Positions 48,062-57,598 of a stretch of 64,000 nucleotides of DNA are shown here, one piece after another. The stretch covers positions 36,330 to 100,329 of IMG/VR virus record IMGVR_UViG_3300006028_000010; one strand, 5' to 3'. The position numbers were made by a program, and so were the translations under genes. The DNA is from a virus. Under the pieces are notes generated by a model. That model saw only the letters and a list, made by a program, of their open reading frames with translations, did not search any database and had not been told where the DNA came from. Numbering within the stretch: position 1 is the first letter of the stretch; each line of letters begins with the position of its first letter.

Positions 48062-48544
48062 AGCGGCCCTCCTTATCCCAATCAGAAAGCCCCCTGGCCA
48101 ACAACCCGGATCTATACCGACCGGGACCGGCAGAACCTCCCGGTGTCGGTATCTGTGCGTAGGGGGGTGACCCCCGGGGGTAGTCGTCGTGGGAGGGAGC
48201 TGGAGTGCCAGCGGTGGTGTTGCTGCTTTGCTGTCGCTGTGGCTGCTCATGTTTGTTGCGCTTGCGCTTAGGTCTCATGTTCGAGCATACGTAGGTTAGG
48301 CGCGTCGGGGTTGGCTAGCCACACATGAAGTGTGATTCCTCTAACCGTGGTGGGTGTCGCCTGGTTGGGTGGTGGGGTGACTGTGGGTGGGTGGTGTGGG
48401 GTGGTGTGTGGGTTGGTTGTGGCCTCGTGGTTACCGTTGTGGGGGGTGGGGGTGTGGGTGGGTGCGGGTACGCTTCGTGGTCCTAGCAGCGTCTTAGGCA
48501 GTAGGGCGTTGGTCGTTCCTCCCTGGACCCCGGAGGTTTGTGTT

Positions 48545-48808
48545 ATGTCGTTGTTGTCGTCTTCGCGTGCTGCTGCGTATCGTCCGGCTCCGCCGCCGGC
48601 GTCGATTTTGCGGGAGCTTGTGGTGGAGGGTTTCGATCAGCGGTTTGATGCGTGTGTTGCGGTGGCTGCGACGGTGTGGGGTTATGGGTTGAACATGTGT
48701 CGTACTGTGGCGGAGCGTAGGGCGTGGATGGATGCTTATTTTGAGCATTTGAGGTTGGCGTTGTCGGCGCGTTCGGGGGTTGAGTCCGGGCCGGGGGGTT
48801 CGCCGTAG
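48545..48808 (+). CDS. Hypothetical protein
   Basis: GGAGG RBS before the ATG at 48545. Confidence 0.5.
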   Translation: MSLLSSSRAAAYRPAPPPASILRELVVEGFDQRFDACVAVAATVWGYGLNMCRTVAERRAWMDAYFEHLRLALSARSGVESGPGGSP

Positions 48809-49050
48809 TTCCTGGGGGTTTTGGTTGCGCCCGTGTCGCGTTTTTTGGTGGGGGTTTGTCCTGCTGGGGAGCGTGGCGCGGGCGTCTTTTAGTGGAGGAG
48901 GGAGAAGATGAGGGCTAGCGCGAATGCGACGACGGCGGTGATGCGGCTGGTGGTCGCCGCGGATGGTGCGGGTAGCAGGAACGACAGCGCGAGGAGGAGG
49001 AGTCCTGCGGCGACAGCGGTTGGGTAGTAGACGGTCACCGGTTATCTCCC

Positions 49051-49356
49051 CTAAACGTTTAGTCCTGGGTGTGGTTCTTGGGGTCTGGTTTCGCGGTGGC
49101 GCCATCGTTCGGTGTTGCCTTCGGTTGAGCTTTTCTTGCGGTGGTGCGCGGCGCAGAGTGAGCGCAAGGATTCGAGGGTGTGGTCGTCGGTCATGGGTTT
49201 GATGTGGTCGACGTCGGTGGCTGGTTGTGGGCAGCGTTGCCCGTTGTGTATCCAGGTGCATTGGTGTCCGTCTCTGCGGAGCACAGCGGCCCTGATAGCC
49301 GGCCAGTTGGCGGGTAGCCTGGCACGTCGTTGGCTGCTGGCCCACCTACCCGGCAT
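49051..49356 (-). CDS. Packaging-associated HNH endonuclease (HK97 gp74-like)
   Basis: RAAVLRRDGHQC...DVDHI...LRSLC..HH..KS; upstream of terS. Confidence 0.85.
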   Translation of the reverse strand: MPGRWASSQRRARLPANWPAIRAAVLRRDGHQCTWIHNGQRCPQPATDVDHIKPMTDDHTLESLRSLCAAHHRKKSSTEGNTERWRHRETRPQEPHPGLNV

Positions 49357-49608
49357 AAAGGCTCCCACTCAGCGCGGGCCAGCCCCGTTTTGTAACGCGG
49401 CAAGCTGTTTCGTCGACATGTTAGGTGTGACGCGCAACTTTTTTGATGATGTGATGGACGCTAGATGGGCCCGCCGGGAACGTCGCGGGGATCCTCGGGT
49501 CCTCATCATCGTGCTCGCGATCCTCGCGATCATCGCGCTCATCACCCTGATCTGATTTAGGGCGGGTGACCTGCCAATCGGGGCCAGTGTTGGTCGCCTG
49601 CCCTGCCC

Positions 49609-50016
49609 TCACAGTGCTGGCGGAATCGTGACCGCGATAACACGGTCCTTGCCAACCATCTCCACCAACTCGGACAGCGGCTCCCGTCCGACATACGCGC
49701 CGAAGGGCATAGGTGCGACTGGATGGAACTCGCCATACTTGCTGGCCAGCGCGGCAAGCCATTCATCAACGTGCGCCTTGTCACGGAACTCATCTGGCGC
49801 GATCACTTCAGCCAGCCATGGGTGTTGCTTCAGTAACCACGTTTTGCATTCATCGGCAGCTCGGGGTAGCTGATGGGTGAAGTGTGGGATTCCAGTGATG
49901 TAATCAATGATCCGATAAACGCCGTCCATATGATTCGGTGAGACGAGATGCCCGTCAGTGATAGACAGCATATCGCCGAGGTGAAATTGTTGTGGTTCAG
50001 GTGTGGCGGTGGTCAT
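49609..50016 (-). CDS. Conserved phage hypothetical protein
   Basis: FHLGDMLSITDG...FTHQLPRA...QHP. Confidence 0.7.
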   Translation of the reverse strand: MTTATPEPQQFHLGDMLSITDGHLVSPNHMDGVYRIIDYITGIPHFTHQLPRAADECKTWLLKQHPWLAEVIAPDEFRDKAHVDEWLAALASKYGEFHPVAPMPFGAYVGREPLSELVEMVGKDRVIAVTIPPAL

Positions 50017-50891
50017 TCCACCTCCAATGCTGCCCTGACGCCCTGCTCTAGGCCGATCTTCGGCTCGTAAACTTTGAGCATCTCGGTGGGGTCACCAACC
50101 CGATACCTGACCCCAACGGGTGAATCCAGACGGTGGTGTATCTGAGGGCCGTAGCCAACGCTCTTACACACGAGGTCGGCGAGCTGGTTGAACGAGGTGC
50201 CGATCCCGGTGCACAGGTTCAACGGACCGGGGTGGTCCTGTTCCACGACGGCGAGGGCGGCGGATATCACATCGTCCACGTGGATGAAGTCTCTGACCTG
50301 CTCACCATCACCCCACACGGTGAACGGTGACTCCCGTCGGCGTGCCCGGTCGATAAAGCTGGGGAAGGGGTAGTCGAGGCTCTGCCCAGGGCCGTAGCCA
50401 GAAAAGGTTCTGAGCACGTGGGTTCTGATGCCCTCAGCTTGCGCCTCAGCAGCTAACCGCTCCCCAGTAAGCTTCACCCACCCATAAGTGGCATCCGGCA
50501 ATTCTGGATTGTGAAGATCGACGTCAATCTCTCGCAGCAAGCCTGCATCATCTTTACTTTGACGTGATACTGGATAGACCGCTGAGGACGACCAGTAGAT
50601 GATGTGATCCGGTCGAGTTCGTAATGTCCATTCGAACATCGCCCCATCTAGCATCAGGTTCATAGCACCGATATATGTGGGGCGGCCCTCAATGTCTACT
50701 CTACCACCAACATGGGCGGCACAATGCGCGACCAGATTGAACTTCGTGCTTTCGCGACGGAAGAAATCTCGGGCATCTATTCCATTATTGTTTATGTCAA
50801 CCGATGTGACGGACCAATCGCATTTATCAAGCTGGCAGACTATGTGTCTGCCGATAAATCCATCAGCCCCAGTCACCAGCGCCCGCTTCAC
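50013..50891 (-). CDS. NAD-dependent sugar epimerase/dehydratase
   Basis: [36 protein letters not shown]; GTG overlaps the HNH stop. Confidence 0.9.
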   Translation of the reverse strand: MKRALVTGADGFIGRHIVCQLDKCDWSVTSVDINNNGIDARDFFRRESTKFNLVAHCAAHVGGRVDIEGRPTYIGAMNLMLDGAMFEWTLRTRPDHIIYWSSSAVYPVSRQSKDDAGLLREIDVDLHNPELPDATYGWVKLTGERLAAEAQAEGIRTHVLRTFSGYGPGQSLDYPFPSFIDRARRRESPFTVWGDGEQVRDFIHVDDVISAALAVVEQDHPGPLNLCTGIGTSFNQLADLVCKSVGYGPQIHHRLDSPVGVRYRVGDPTEMLKVYEPKIGLEQGVRAALEVE

Positions 50892-51466
50892 TTCTGTCTC
50901 CGAGGCTTCTTGTCTGCGCAGATGCCACCCTGTCCACGATTGCAGTTGCATCGACATTTACGCGGCCTAGTGTACGGTCGCCGGTTAAGCATCTGCTGAT
51001 TTGGAGTTGCCCACCTTACGTTACCCGGCTCATAGTTACCGTCGTTGTCGATCCGATCCAGGCTCATGCCTGGCGGTCTGGGTCCCATGTCTTTGTAGAA
51101 GTTTTCAAACTTCATCCATCGATCGCAGACTTTGATTCCTCTGCCACCATAATCTGAGTAGCTGGGAACATTCGGATTCAAGCACCGCGATTTCATGGTT
51201 TTCCACACGCCGTATATTAAAGTGTGTCGCATTCCATGAGTTCGGTGTGTATCCCCTGCATGTTCTCTCCGGTAGCATCCGCACGAAGACGTGTGCCCAT
51301 TTCTGAGGTCGGCAGACAACTTAATGCAAGCGTTTCCACATTCACAAATGCAGTTCCATCTAGATGTACCACCAGGTAGCGAACTAGACCCCTTAGAGTT
51401 ACTAGCTTGGGATATTACGGTGAGCCGGCCGTAGACGTGGCCGGTCCGGTCTATAAGCTTAGGCAT
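50888..51466 (-). CDS. Free-standing HNH-type endonuclease
   Basis: GRLTV...WNCICECG...SCGC...[12 protein letters not shown]...[20 protein letters not shown]. Confidence 0.88.
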   Translation of the reverse strand: MPKLIDRTGHVYGRLTVISQASNSKGSSSLPGGTSRWNCICECGNACIKLSADLRNGHTSSCGCYRREHAGDTHRTHGMRHTLIYGVWKTMKSRCLNPNVPSYSDYGGRGIKVCDRWMKFENFYKDMGPRPPGMSLDRIDNDGNYEPGNVRWATPNQQMLNRRPYTRPRKCRCNCNRGQGGICADKKPRRQK

Positions 51467-51545
51467 GTCGGTCCTGCTCCTAACAGGTCGACCATGGCCT
51501 CGGGCCTGTTACCGCAGGCGCCGGGGTCCTTACTTGATCAGTATA
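51467..51545 (-). promoter_or_regulatory. Nuclease-associated leader, copy 4
   Basis: TATACT GATCAAGTAAGGA CCCCGG C GCCTG-CGGTAA-CAGGC CCGAGG CCATG GTCGACCTG-TTAGGAG-CAGGACCGAC ATG. Confidence 0.85.
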
Positions 51546-51557
51546 GCGTATCGGGCC

Positions 51558-52130
51558 CTAATACCTGCTTCGCCCGGCGATGATTTGGGACCAGTCCACT
51601 GTTTCGTGAACCATGATCTCGAAGTGTGGTTCGATCAACGCTCGATAGCCCGCCATGTCCCACGCGTAGCTATGACAGTCACCGTGCTGAAGGTCGGTTT
51701 CGCCGTGCGGTGAGGACGCCACCAGATACCGGGCGTGGTGGGCGACCCATTCCACGACGCTATGAGGGGCGGCTAAGTGTTCGAGGACTTCGGTGCATAC
51801 GGCGAGTTCACCCCAGCGGGGAACGTCACGATCGTTGAACACGTCGCGGAGTTCGGCGGTGACACCACGCTCGGCCCAGCCGGCCTGGTTGGTGGGTTGG
51901 AAGTCGTAGCCCCACGCGTCCAAGCCGGTGAGAAGAGATAGGAGTCCACCGTCACCGCCGCCTAGGTCAACGACGCTGGCCGGGTTGAGTTGGTGAATGA
52001 GTTGCGCGGTGCGCAGCAGCCGGGCCCGGTGGTCGGGTTGCTCGAGGTGGGGTGCGCGGTCACGGTCCGCGTGGAACTCGACGGTCGACACGAACGGTGT
52101 AGCGCCGGTGAACAACCGCCATTCAGCCAT
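51558..52130 (-). CDS. Class I SAM-dependent methyltransferase
   Basis: VVDLGGGDG, CTEVLEHL. Confidence 0.82.
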   Translation of the reverse strand: MAEWRLFTGATPFVSTVEFHADRDRAPHLEQPDHRARLLRTAQLIHQLNPASVVDLGGGDGGLLSLLTGLDAWGYDFQPTNQAGWAERGVTAELRDVFNDRDVPRWGELAVCTEVLEHLAAPHSVVEWVAHHARYLVASSPHGETDLQHGDCHSYAWDMAGYRALIEPHFEIMVHETVDWSQIIAGRSRY

Positions 52131-52740
52131 GCGCGCCGCGGGCTCTGATCAGGTTCGCGGTTTCGTTGGGGTTGCCGCTGTTCCGGTCCGAGGGGTGCCA
52201 CAAATGCCACACCACCCCTTCGTGCCGCACCGGCGGCCCGATCGTGGCAGTGACCACGGTGTGCCACGCGTTGTCCTCGAAACCCCAACCGACGAAACCC
52301 TCATCCATCCCACCAGCGGCGAGCCACCCATCGGCGAGCATCACCATGATCCCACCCTGGGCGGCGGGGATGGAGAACTCGATCCGCGCAGGGTCCGGTG
52401 GCTGACCGTGGAGAACCTCGCGGGTGCCGGCCTCGGTGAGGTAGTGGCAGATCGTGTACGGGTAGTGCAGCCGCCCGTCGTACGCGGAGGCGACCGCCAA
52501 CGCGAGAGGCTGCGGGTCGGGCAGAATGTCGGCGTCGCACACCACCGCAACATGCCCGGCGGGGGCGGCGCGGACACCGAAGTTACGCGACGCCGCCCGG
52601 TTGAACGTTTCGTGACCGGAATCAACAAGCAGCACCGGGAAACCAGGCAGCGCCCGGCGCAGCGCGGCGCACACAACACGACACCCAGCCGCCCAATCCC
52701 CACCCGGCGTGTCCCGCCACGGAACCACAACGATGGTCAC
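52123..52740 (-). CDS. GT-A glycosyltransferase
   Basis: VVVPWR, FNRAASRN, DAD, GGMDEGFVGWGFED, HLWH. Confidence 0.85.
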   Translation of the reverse strand: MTIVVVPWRDTPGGDWAAGCRVVCAALRRALPGFPVLLVDSGHETFNRAASRNFGVRAAPAGHVAVVCDADILPDPQPLALAVASAYDGRLHYPYTICHYLTEAGTREVLHGQPPDPARIEFSIPAAQGGIMVMLADGWLAAGGMDEGFVGWGFEDNAWHTVVTATIGPPVRHEGVVWHLWHPSDRNSGNPNETANLIRARGAHG

Positions 52741-52799
52741 CGCTTCCCCCACTGCGCGTCGCGGGCCGCCCGGCGGGAACACCGAGTCAACACACCCGA

Positions 52800-52976
52800 C
52801 TAGGTATCCTCCCCGTCGTCGGTGACAATCTCCAGTTCACCGCTAGCGACCGCAGCAGCGGTTTCAGCGGACAGCCCTTTCACCTGCGGGATTTTCGCGC
52901 GGAGGATCTCAGCGCTTCGCTCTCTTTCCAGATCATCGGTGAGTAGCCGGCGAACCGTTTCCCACTTCTCGCCCAT
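52800..52976 (-). CDS. Small hypothetical protein (58 aa, not in ORF track)
   Basis: Hand translation MGEKWETVRR...DGEDT; fills the operon gap. Confidence 0.45.
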   Translation of the reverse strand: MGEKWETVRRLLTDDLERERSAEILRAKIPQVKGLSAETAAAVASGELEIVTDDGEDT

Positions 52977-52985
52977 AACGCCCAG

Positions 52986-53285
52986 TCACTTTCTTCCCGC
53001 GCGCCGTGGACCACCCGGCGGGTCACCAGTCAACACGACCACCGTCAGGAACGCGGCGACAAGCACAACATGCGCCCCGACCAGCGACACGAGCCGATTA
53101 CCCGGGCCACGCCAAAACGTGACCGCCCCATTAACCGCCACGAACACGGCAGTCACAACCCAACCCCGCCAACTAACAGGCGCCCAGCCCCAACCGAGAT
53201 ACCGTTTCGGACCGAACCACGCCGTTCTCGTCACCCGAAACGACCTCATAAACAGGGCCACCTTCGCATCCGCCGGTTCGGTCAC
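52986..53285 (-). CDS. Small membrane protein
   Basis: WFGPKRYLGWGWAPVSWRGW motif plus 2 TM. Confidence 0.65.
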   Translation of the reverse strand: MTEPADAKVALFMRSFRVTRTAWFGPKRYLGWGWAPVSWRGWVVTAVFVAVNGAVTFWRGPGNRLVSLVGAHVVLVAAFLTVVVLTGDPPGGPRRAGRK

Positions 53286-53509
53286 TGCGGTGGCGGCGCA
53301 ACGGGGTTAGGCGATGGGATTGGTGCAACAGACGACGTGGGCGACGGGGGAATCACAACACCCCCACGCCTAAGGTTGAAACCACCCACAGCCGCAACCA
53401 CAACCAACGCGATCAACACCAACACCAACACCACACCAAGCAACACATACGGCCACCGCTTACGCTTCGGCGCCGCCACATAAACCACACCAGGCTGCGG
53501 AGCCGTCAC
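53282..53509 (-). CDS. Small membrane-anchored protein
   Basis: KRKRWP, one TM and a Pro-rich tail. Confidence 0.55.
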   Translation of the reverse strand: MTAPQPGVVYVAAPKRKRWPYVLLGVVLVLVLIALVVVAAVGGFNLRRGGVVIPPSPTSSVAPIPSPNPVAPPPQ

Positions 53510-53557
53510 CAGTCACCCCGTCCCTTCCCGAACCAATGAGACGGCGCTAACCCGCAC

Positions 53558-54241
53558 CTAAAGGAGGGCCTTCAACTTCGCGACATCGTCATGGAACCGG
53601 TCCGCCATATACGTGAAATACGCGGCACTATCACCAGACATCCGCCCCGGACTGTTCGCGTCCTCATACCCAGCGTCCATCGGAGCCTTCCCCAACGCCG
53701 GATGAACATGCTCAACAATAACATCCGGCAGGTAAGTGATCCGGTTAATCGCATTACCAAGCTCAAGCCACACAAGATCCACACACAAGTGGACCATCGA
53801 TGGTGGAGCCATGTAACCCAGGGTGGTCACGATGTCCGACGTCATGGCCACCGCAGTCGGCATGTTCTCGCCCTGCAACAAATCATTGCCATACACGAAA
53901 CCCGTACCACCCGACAAACACTCACAAAACCGCTGATCCCACCCGGCGGTGCGAGGCCGATGATCATCCCCCATGAAACCCAAAAACCGGTACCTCGACG
54001 CGTTAGCTACAGCCACCGCGTTCAACGTGCCCACCATGCGCAGCCGAGGACCAACATGCAACAACACACCCCGCATGCGGCTGATCACAGCCTGGTAACG
54101 GTTCAGCTCCGGGTCATCAACATCCACAGCGAACAACAAATCAGCCGCACCCGTAGACGTGGACTGCCACGCCTCCCACAGAGCCTCCGCATTATGAGGA
54201 CGACCCCGGGTCGGGACAATAACTAGGAGGTCCGCAGTCAT
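53558..54241 (-). CDS. GT-A (family 2-like) glycosyltransferase
   Basis: VIVPTRGRP, FAVDVDD, FMGDD, VEHVH. Confidence 0.82.
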   Translation of the reverse strand: MTADLLVIVPTRGRPHNAEALWEAWQSTSTGAADLLFAVDVDDPELNRYQAVISRMRGVLLHVGPRLRMVGTLNAVAVANASRYRFLGFMGDDHRPRTAGWDQRFCECLSGGTGFVYGNDLLQGENMPTAVAMTSDIVTTLGYMAPPSMVHLCVDLVWLELGNAINRITYLPDVIVEHVHPALGKAPMDAGYEDANSPGRMSGDSAAYFTYMADRFHDDVAKLKALL

Positions 54242-54480
54242 CAGTGTTGTTCGGACGGCGCGCGTCCCGGCCAAAAACCGGTAGCTCTGTGGTGAAGATT
54301 GGCGCACAATCCGTCAACTACAGTTGGACCTACGAATTTAGACAGGTGGATTCGGCATCGATTAAAGTCCCCCGGAACTCCCCAGCGAATCTTGGCTGCA
54401 CCCTCTCCTTCAGCCCAATACCGCATTAAGCGCTCGGTTGAGACAGCATCTCCGGGGGTCACTTCACGTCCGGCTACCAT
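54241..54480 (-). CDS. Conserved actinophage small protein
   Basis: YW..GEGAAKIRWG.PGDF.RC...GLCANLH motif; GGAGG RBS. Confidence 0.7.
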   Translation of the reverse strand: MVAGREVTPGDAVSTERLMRYWAEGEGAAKIRWGVPGDFNRCRIHLSKFVGPTVVDGLCANLHHRATGFWPGRAPSEQH

Positions 54481-54502
54481 TTGACACCACCTCCTCCTTC
54501 GG

Positions 54503-55312
54503 TCAGGGACGAGGTTTTATCCCTCTCCGCATTCGCCATTCCATGAGGAATGAGTCATGCTTGCTACAATTGCATGACTTGCACGCGGCAACAATGTTGC
54601 CTATCGAATGCGCTCCACCACGGTTAATGGGAACCACATGCTCCATCGTTAGCGGTTTCTTACCTCCGCAGTAGAAGCAACGGCCTCGACTACGCAGACG
54701 AATTCGGCGCCACTCCAGCTCTGGAACTCCGTAACCGACGGTAGCAGCACGTTTGACCGCATTGCGTTGCTGTTGCCGAGCCGCGTACCGTTCACGGTTT
54801 TGAACTTTGCCGTATTGCCCACCGCAATAGCTGGAACACGTCTCCGCGTCGGCCCTGTATGCGGTAATATCCGTTTGGCAGATTACACAATACTTCGGTG
54901 CCCGGGCGGCTATGCGGACCACACGAGTTCTGCGTGCTATTAGCACGTATCGGCAATGCTCCGAACAGTACGAGCTATCAGACCGCGGTCGTTCGAACAC
55001 GCGACCGCACGCCTCGCAGGGCATTTGAATGCGCGTTACGTGTTTTTTGGCGTTCTGCTCAGAGTTATTCAGATTTACACGGCATGGCTTGCTACACGTT
55101 CGCTGTGTTGCACGGGTCGGGGTGAACTCAGCTCCGCACCACTCGCAGTTGGCGGGTTCGTGCACACGAGGTAAGCGCCCGTGTTGGCGACGTAGTTCAA
55201 CTTTCCTTGCACACCGTAACTGACTACGGCATTCATCGGAACATGCGCGTTGATTGATCCTCTGCGGAACATATAGTGCCGAACACCAGGAACATCGGGT
55301 ACCGTGGGCCAC
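54503..55312 (-). CDS. HNH endonuclease with four Cys4 zinc-finger repeats
   Basis: Four CxxC..CSxxC repeats; CFYCG...MEHVVPINRGG.HSIGN...CKSCN. Confidence 0.88.
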   Translation of the reverse strand: MAHGTRCSWCSALYVPQRINQRACSDECRSQLRCARKVELRRQHGRLPRVHEPANCEWCGAEFTPTRATQRTCSKPCRVNLNNSEQNAKKHVTRIQMPCEACGRVFERPRSDSSYCSEHCRYVLIARRTRVVRIAARAPKYCVICQTDITAYRADAETCSSYCGGQYGKVQNRERYAARQQQRNAVKRAATVGYGVPELEWRRIRLRSRGRCFYCGGKKPLTMEHVVPINRGGAHSIGNIVAACKSCNCSKHDSFLMEWRMRRGIKPRP

Positions 55313-55402
55313 GGGCGTTGCACCTTCTAAGGCTAGGTGTAGCTGCCTAGGCCCTGGGTGACGTGTGGAGCGTCCCTGGGGCCGTTTTGTTGCTTAAGGG
55401 TA
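55313..55402 (-). promoter_or_regulatory. Nuclease-associated leader, copy 5 (divergent)
   Basis: TACCCT...AAAAC GGCCC CA GG GACG-CTCCACA-CGTC A CC CA GGGCC ... CACCT-AGCCTTAGA-AGGTG ... GTG. Confidence 0.6.
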
Positions 55403-55407
55403 TCACG

Positions 55408-55770
55408 TTATTTTTTGACGCAGGTGACTACGATGTTGTCGTTGGATTGGGCGGTGCTGCCGGGGGCTGGTTCGATTTTGGCGACGGTCCAGTCGGCGAG
55501 GTGGGCGGTGTCGACGGATTGGTCGGTGTTTTGTGAACCGTATTTGATGTTGTCGAAGCCTGTTTTGCGGAGTTCGTCGTCGGCGAGTTGCGCGTTTTTG
55601 CCTACGAGGTCTGCGGGGATGGTGAGTTTGGTGTTGTTGCCGTTGGTTTCTGTGGCTGCGGTGGTGGGTACGGGTGGTTGGTTGGGGTTGGGGTTTTTGT
55701 TTGTGCAGCCGGCGAGTAGTGCTGCTGCGGTGAGGGTGGTGAGGAGTGTGGCTGTGACGGGTTTGTGCAT
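55408..55770 (-). CDS. Lipoprotein with PASTA-like domain
   Basis: Lipobox LAGC; IPADLVGKNAQLA..ELRKTGF...PAPGS. Confidence 0.7.
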   Translation of the reverse strand: MHKPVTATLLTTLTAAALLAGCTNKNPNPNQPPVPTTAATETNGNNTKLTIPADLVGKNAQLADDELRKTGFDNIKYGSQNTDQSVDTAHLADWTVAKIEPAPGSTAQSNDNIVVTCVKK

Positions 55771-55817
55771 GATCGCTCCGCTGGGGGTGAGGGGTTCTGG
55801 GTGGTTAAGTCGCTGGG

Positions 55818-56318
55818 TTACCGTACCAACCGGCCTGGATAGTCCTCGCCGACCGCCGCGCAATGCTCACGAACCCGTCTGGTCAGACAGGCGATGCTGA
55901 CGCCGAACTGGGCGGCGATGACTCGCCACAACGCACCGGTGAGGCGTTTCTGGTAGGCGGCGTGGATGTCGTCGTCTGTAAGTTTCTTCACCGGCCCGCG
56001 TATCGCGCGGGGCTTACTCGCCCGTTTCACCGTTTGTCGTAGAATTGTTGGTCGCAGCCCGATGCGTGTGGCGATCTGATCCTCAGCGAGTCCGCTACCG
56101 GCAAGACACTTGTAGTCATCCAGCGTGTCTGCCCATGGTTTAGTGAGTCGTGCATAGTCGGCCCACGACCCGTCGCATTTCGATGCGTAGCAGCAGTTGA
56201 CGCACACGCCGCGCCCAGCGTGAACAACTGCCCCGTCGTACCGCTGCGACGCCCACGTAACCATCGGCAGATCGCAGCGGCGACAGTTCGGTGGGCGAAC
56301 GATGACACCGCCGGGCAT
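55818..56318 (-). CDS. Zinc-finger/HTH DNA-binding protein
   Basis: CRRC...GRGVCVNC plus two HTH-like segments. Confidence 0.55.
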   Translation of the reverse strand: MPGGVIVRPPNCRRCDLPMVTWASQRYDGAVVHAGRGVCVNCCYASKCDGSWADYARLTKPWADTLDDYKCLAGSGLAEDQIATRIGLRPTILRQTVKRASKPRAIRGPVKKLTDDDIHAAYQKRLTGALWRVIAAQFGVSIACLTRRVREHCAAVGEDYPGRLVR

Positions 56319-56490
56319 CCTGCGTCCTCCTGTGGACTATCGTCTTGGGGGTGCTGTGAGCGTCGGAGTCCCTATCCGATTATCTGGCGGAAGTCAGACC
56401 GAAACGATGGCGGCTCGGCGTGTCGCCGGAGGGGTCCGGGGCGCGCACCGACGCTCACAGCACCCCATCTAACGCTGACCCCGCCTCTAC

Positions 56491-56520
56491 TTGACACACT
56501 GCTCCGTACCGGAGCATGAT
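56491..56520 (+). promoter_or_regulatory. Housekeeping-type promoter with an operator in the spacer
   Basis: TTGACA-18 nt-CATGAT containing the palindrome TGCTCCG-TAC-CGGAGCA. Confidence 0.7.
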
Positions 56521-56527
56521 AGGTGGC

Positions 56528-56740
56528 GTGACTAAAACCCCGACACCCCCAGATGTCACGGATCCCGTTGAACGCCAATGGCGTAACGACTTCACCAGCC
56601 TCGCGAACGCGATCCCGACCTCTTGGATCGTCACCGACGAAGACGGATTGATGTGGATCACCACAGACCACAGAGACGACCCCCGAGCCAAGCTATATCA
56701 CAATCATTGCATCGTCGGGTACGCAAAAGGATGGCTGTGA
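56528..56740 (+). CDS. Hypothetical protein (probably leaderless)
   Basis: GTG 7 nt after the -10 box. Confidence 0.5.
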   Translation: MTKTPTPPDVTDPVERQWRNDFTSLANAIPTSWIVTDEDGLMWITTDHRDDPRAKLYHNHCIVGYAKGWL

Positions 56741-56741
56741 C

Positions 56742-57038
56742 ATGGCCACATCGACAGATGACAGTGTCTACGACGCGATCACAGAACTGTCGCAAACGCT
56801 GATTACCTGCTTTGACCGGGCAGGTGACCTACCCACGACAGGATCCGACTACAACATGGGTCAGCGCGTCGCCTACGGTGACTGTGTTCGCCTTGTGCGT
56901 CAGCATGCTTCCACATATCTACTCGCGGGTAGACCCGAGAAACAGACCGCATCATTGCTTCAGCACATGCGTAACGGATTGATCACCCCGGACGGAGACT
57001 CGCCGTCACACGTAACCTCATCAGCGACCAATGCGTGA
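56742..57038 (+). CDS. Hypothetical protein
   Basis: Abuts the previous gene; AGGA RBS. Confidence 0.5.
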   Translation: MATSTDDSVYDAITELSQTLITCFDRAGDLPTTGSDYNMGQRVAYGDCVRLVRQHASTYLLAGRPEKQTASLLQHMRNGLITPDGDSPSHVTSSATNA

Positions 57039-57189
57039 CGATCAGCTTTTGTCCAGAGAGCAAGTCGCGGAGCTGCTGGGCATCGACCCCGAGTCGGTGC
57101 GGTCGACAATGCGCCGAGCTGGAATAGCCGAGGAACGGGGCTACCCTCGAGATCAAGTGCTGGAACTGTTAAGGAACCGTCACCGGTAA
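57031..57189 (+). CDS. 52-aa MerR/Xis-like HTH protein (not in ORF track)
   Basis: MRDDQLLSREQVAELLGIDPESVRSTMRRAGIAEERGYPRDQV... Confidence 0.7.
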   Translation: MRDDQLLSREQVAELLGIDPESVRSTMRRAGIAEERGYPRDQVLELLRNRHR

Positions 57190-57229
57190 GATCGCCGCGC
57201 TCGCTAAGAGATCCCAAAAGGAGGGGCCT

Positions 57230-57583
57230 GTGATGACCGTCCCTGACGCTGCTGCTGCCCTGCTCGCTGGGATCACGAAGGGCGGTATGACGTATGGCAT
57301 CAACCCGGACATGGTTCATCATGTGCTCGCCGTGTTGGAAGACGCCGACATGGCCGTCGTGGCCCTGCCCCCGGCGAGCGGTAAGCGGGTCACGCCGGCG
57401 GGGGTTCGCATCGCCGAGTTCGATGGTGTGGTGGGGGTGAGTTTTTACCCTGAGGACGGCACGTGGCGGGTGTACGAGATTCATGACCGCTGCTTTTGGG
57501 ATCATGACGATGACCCGCTGCGGGTGGCGGCGGCTATTGTCGCGGCTGTTCGTTGGGCGCAACGCGAGAAGCGTCGTCGGTGA
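57230..57583 (+). CDS. Hypothetical protein
   Basis: AAGGAGG RBS. Confidence 0.55.
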   Translation: MMTVPDAAAALLAGITKGGMTYGINPDMVHHVLAVLEDADMAVVALPPASGKRVTPAGVRIAEFDGVVGVSFYPEDGTWRVYEIHDRCFWDHDDDPLRVAAAIVAAVRWAQREKRRR

Positions 57584-57598
57584 CGCCGTGGCGGATGC

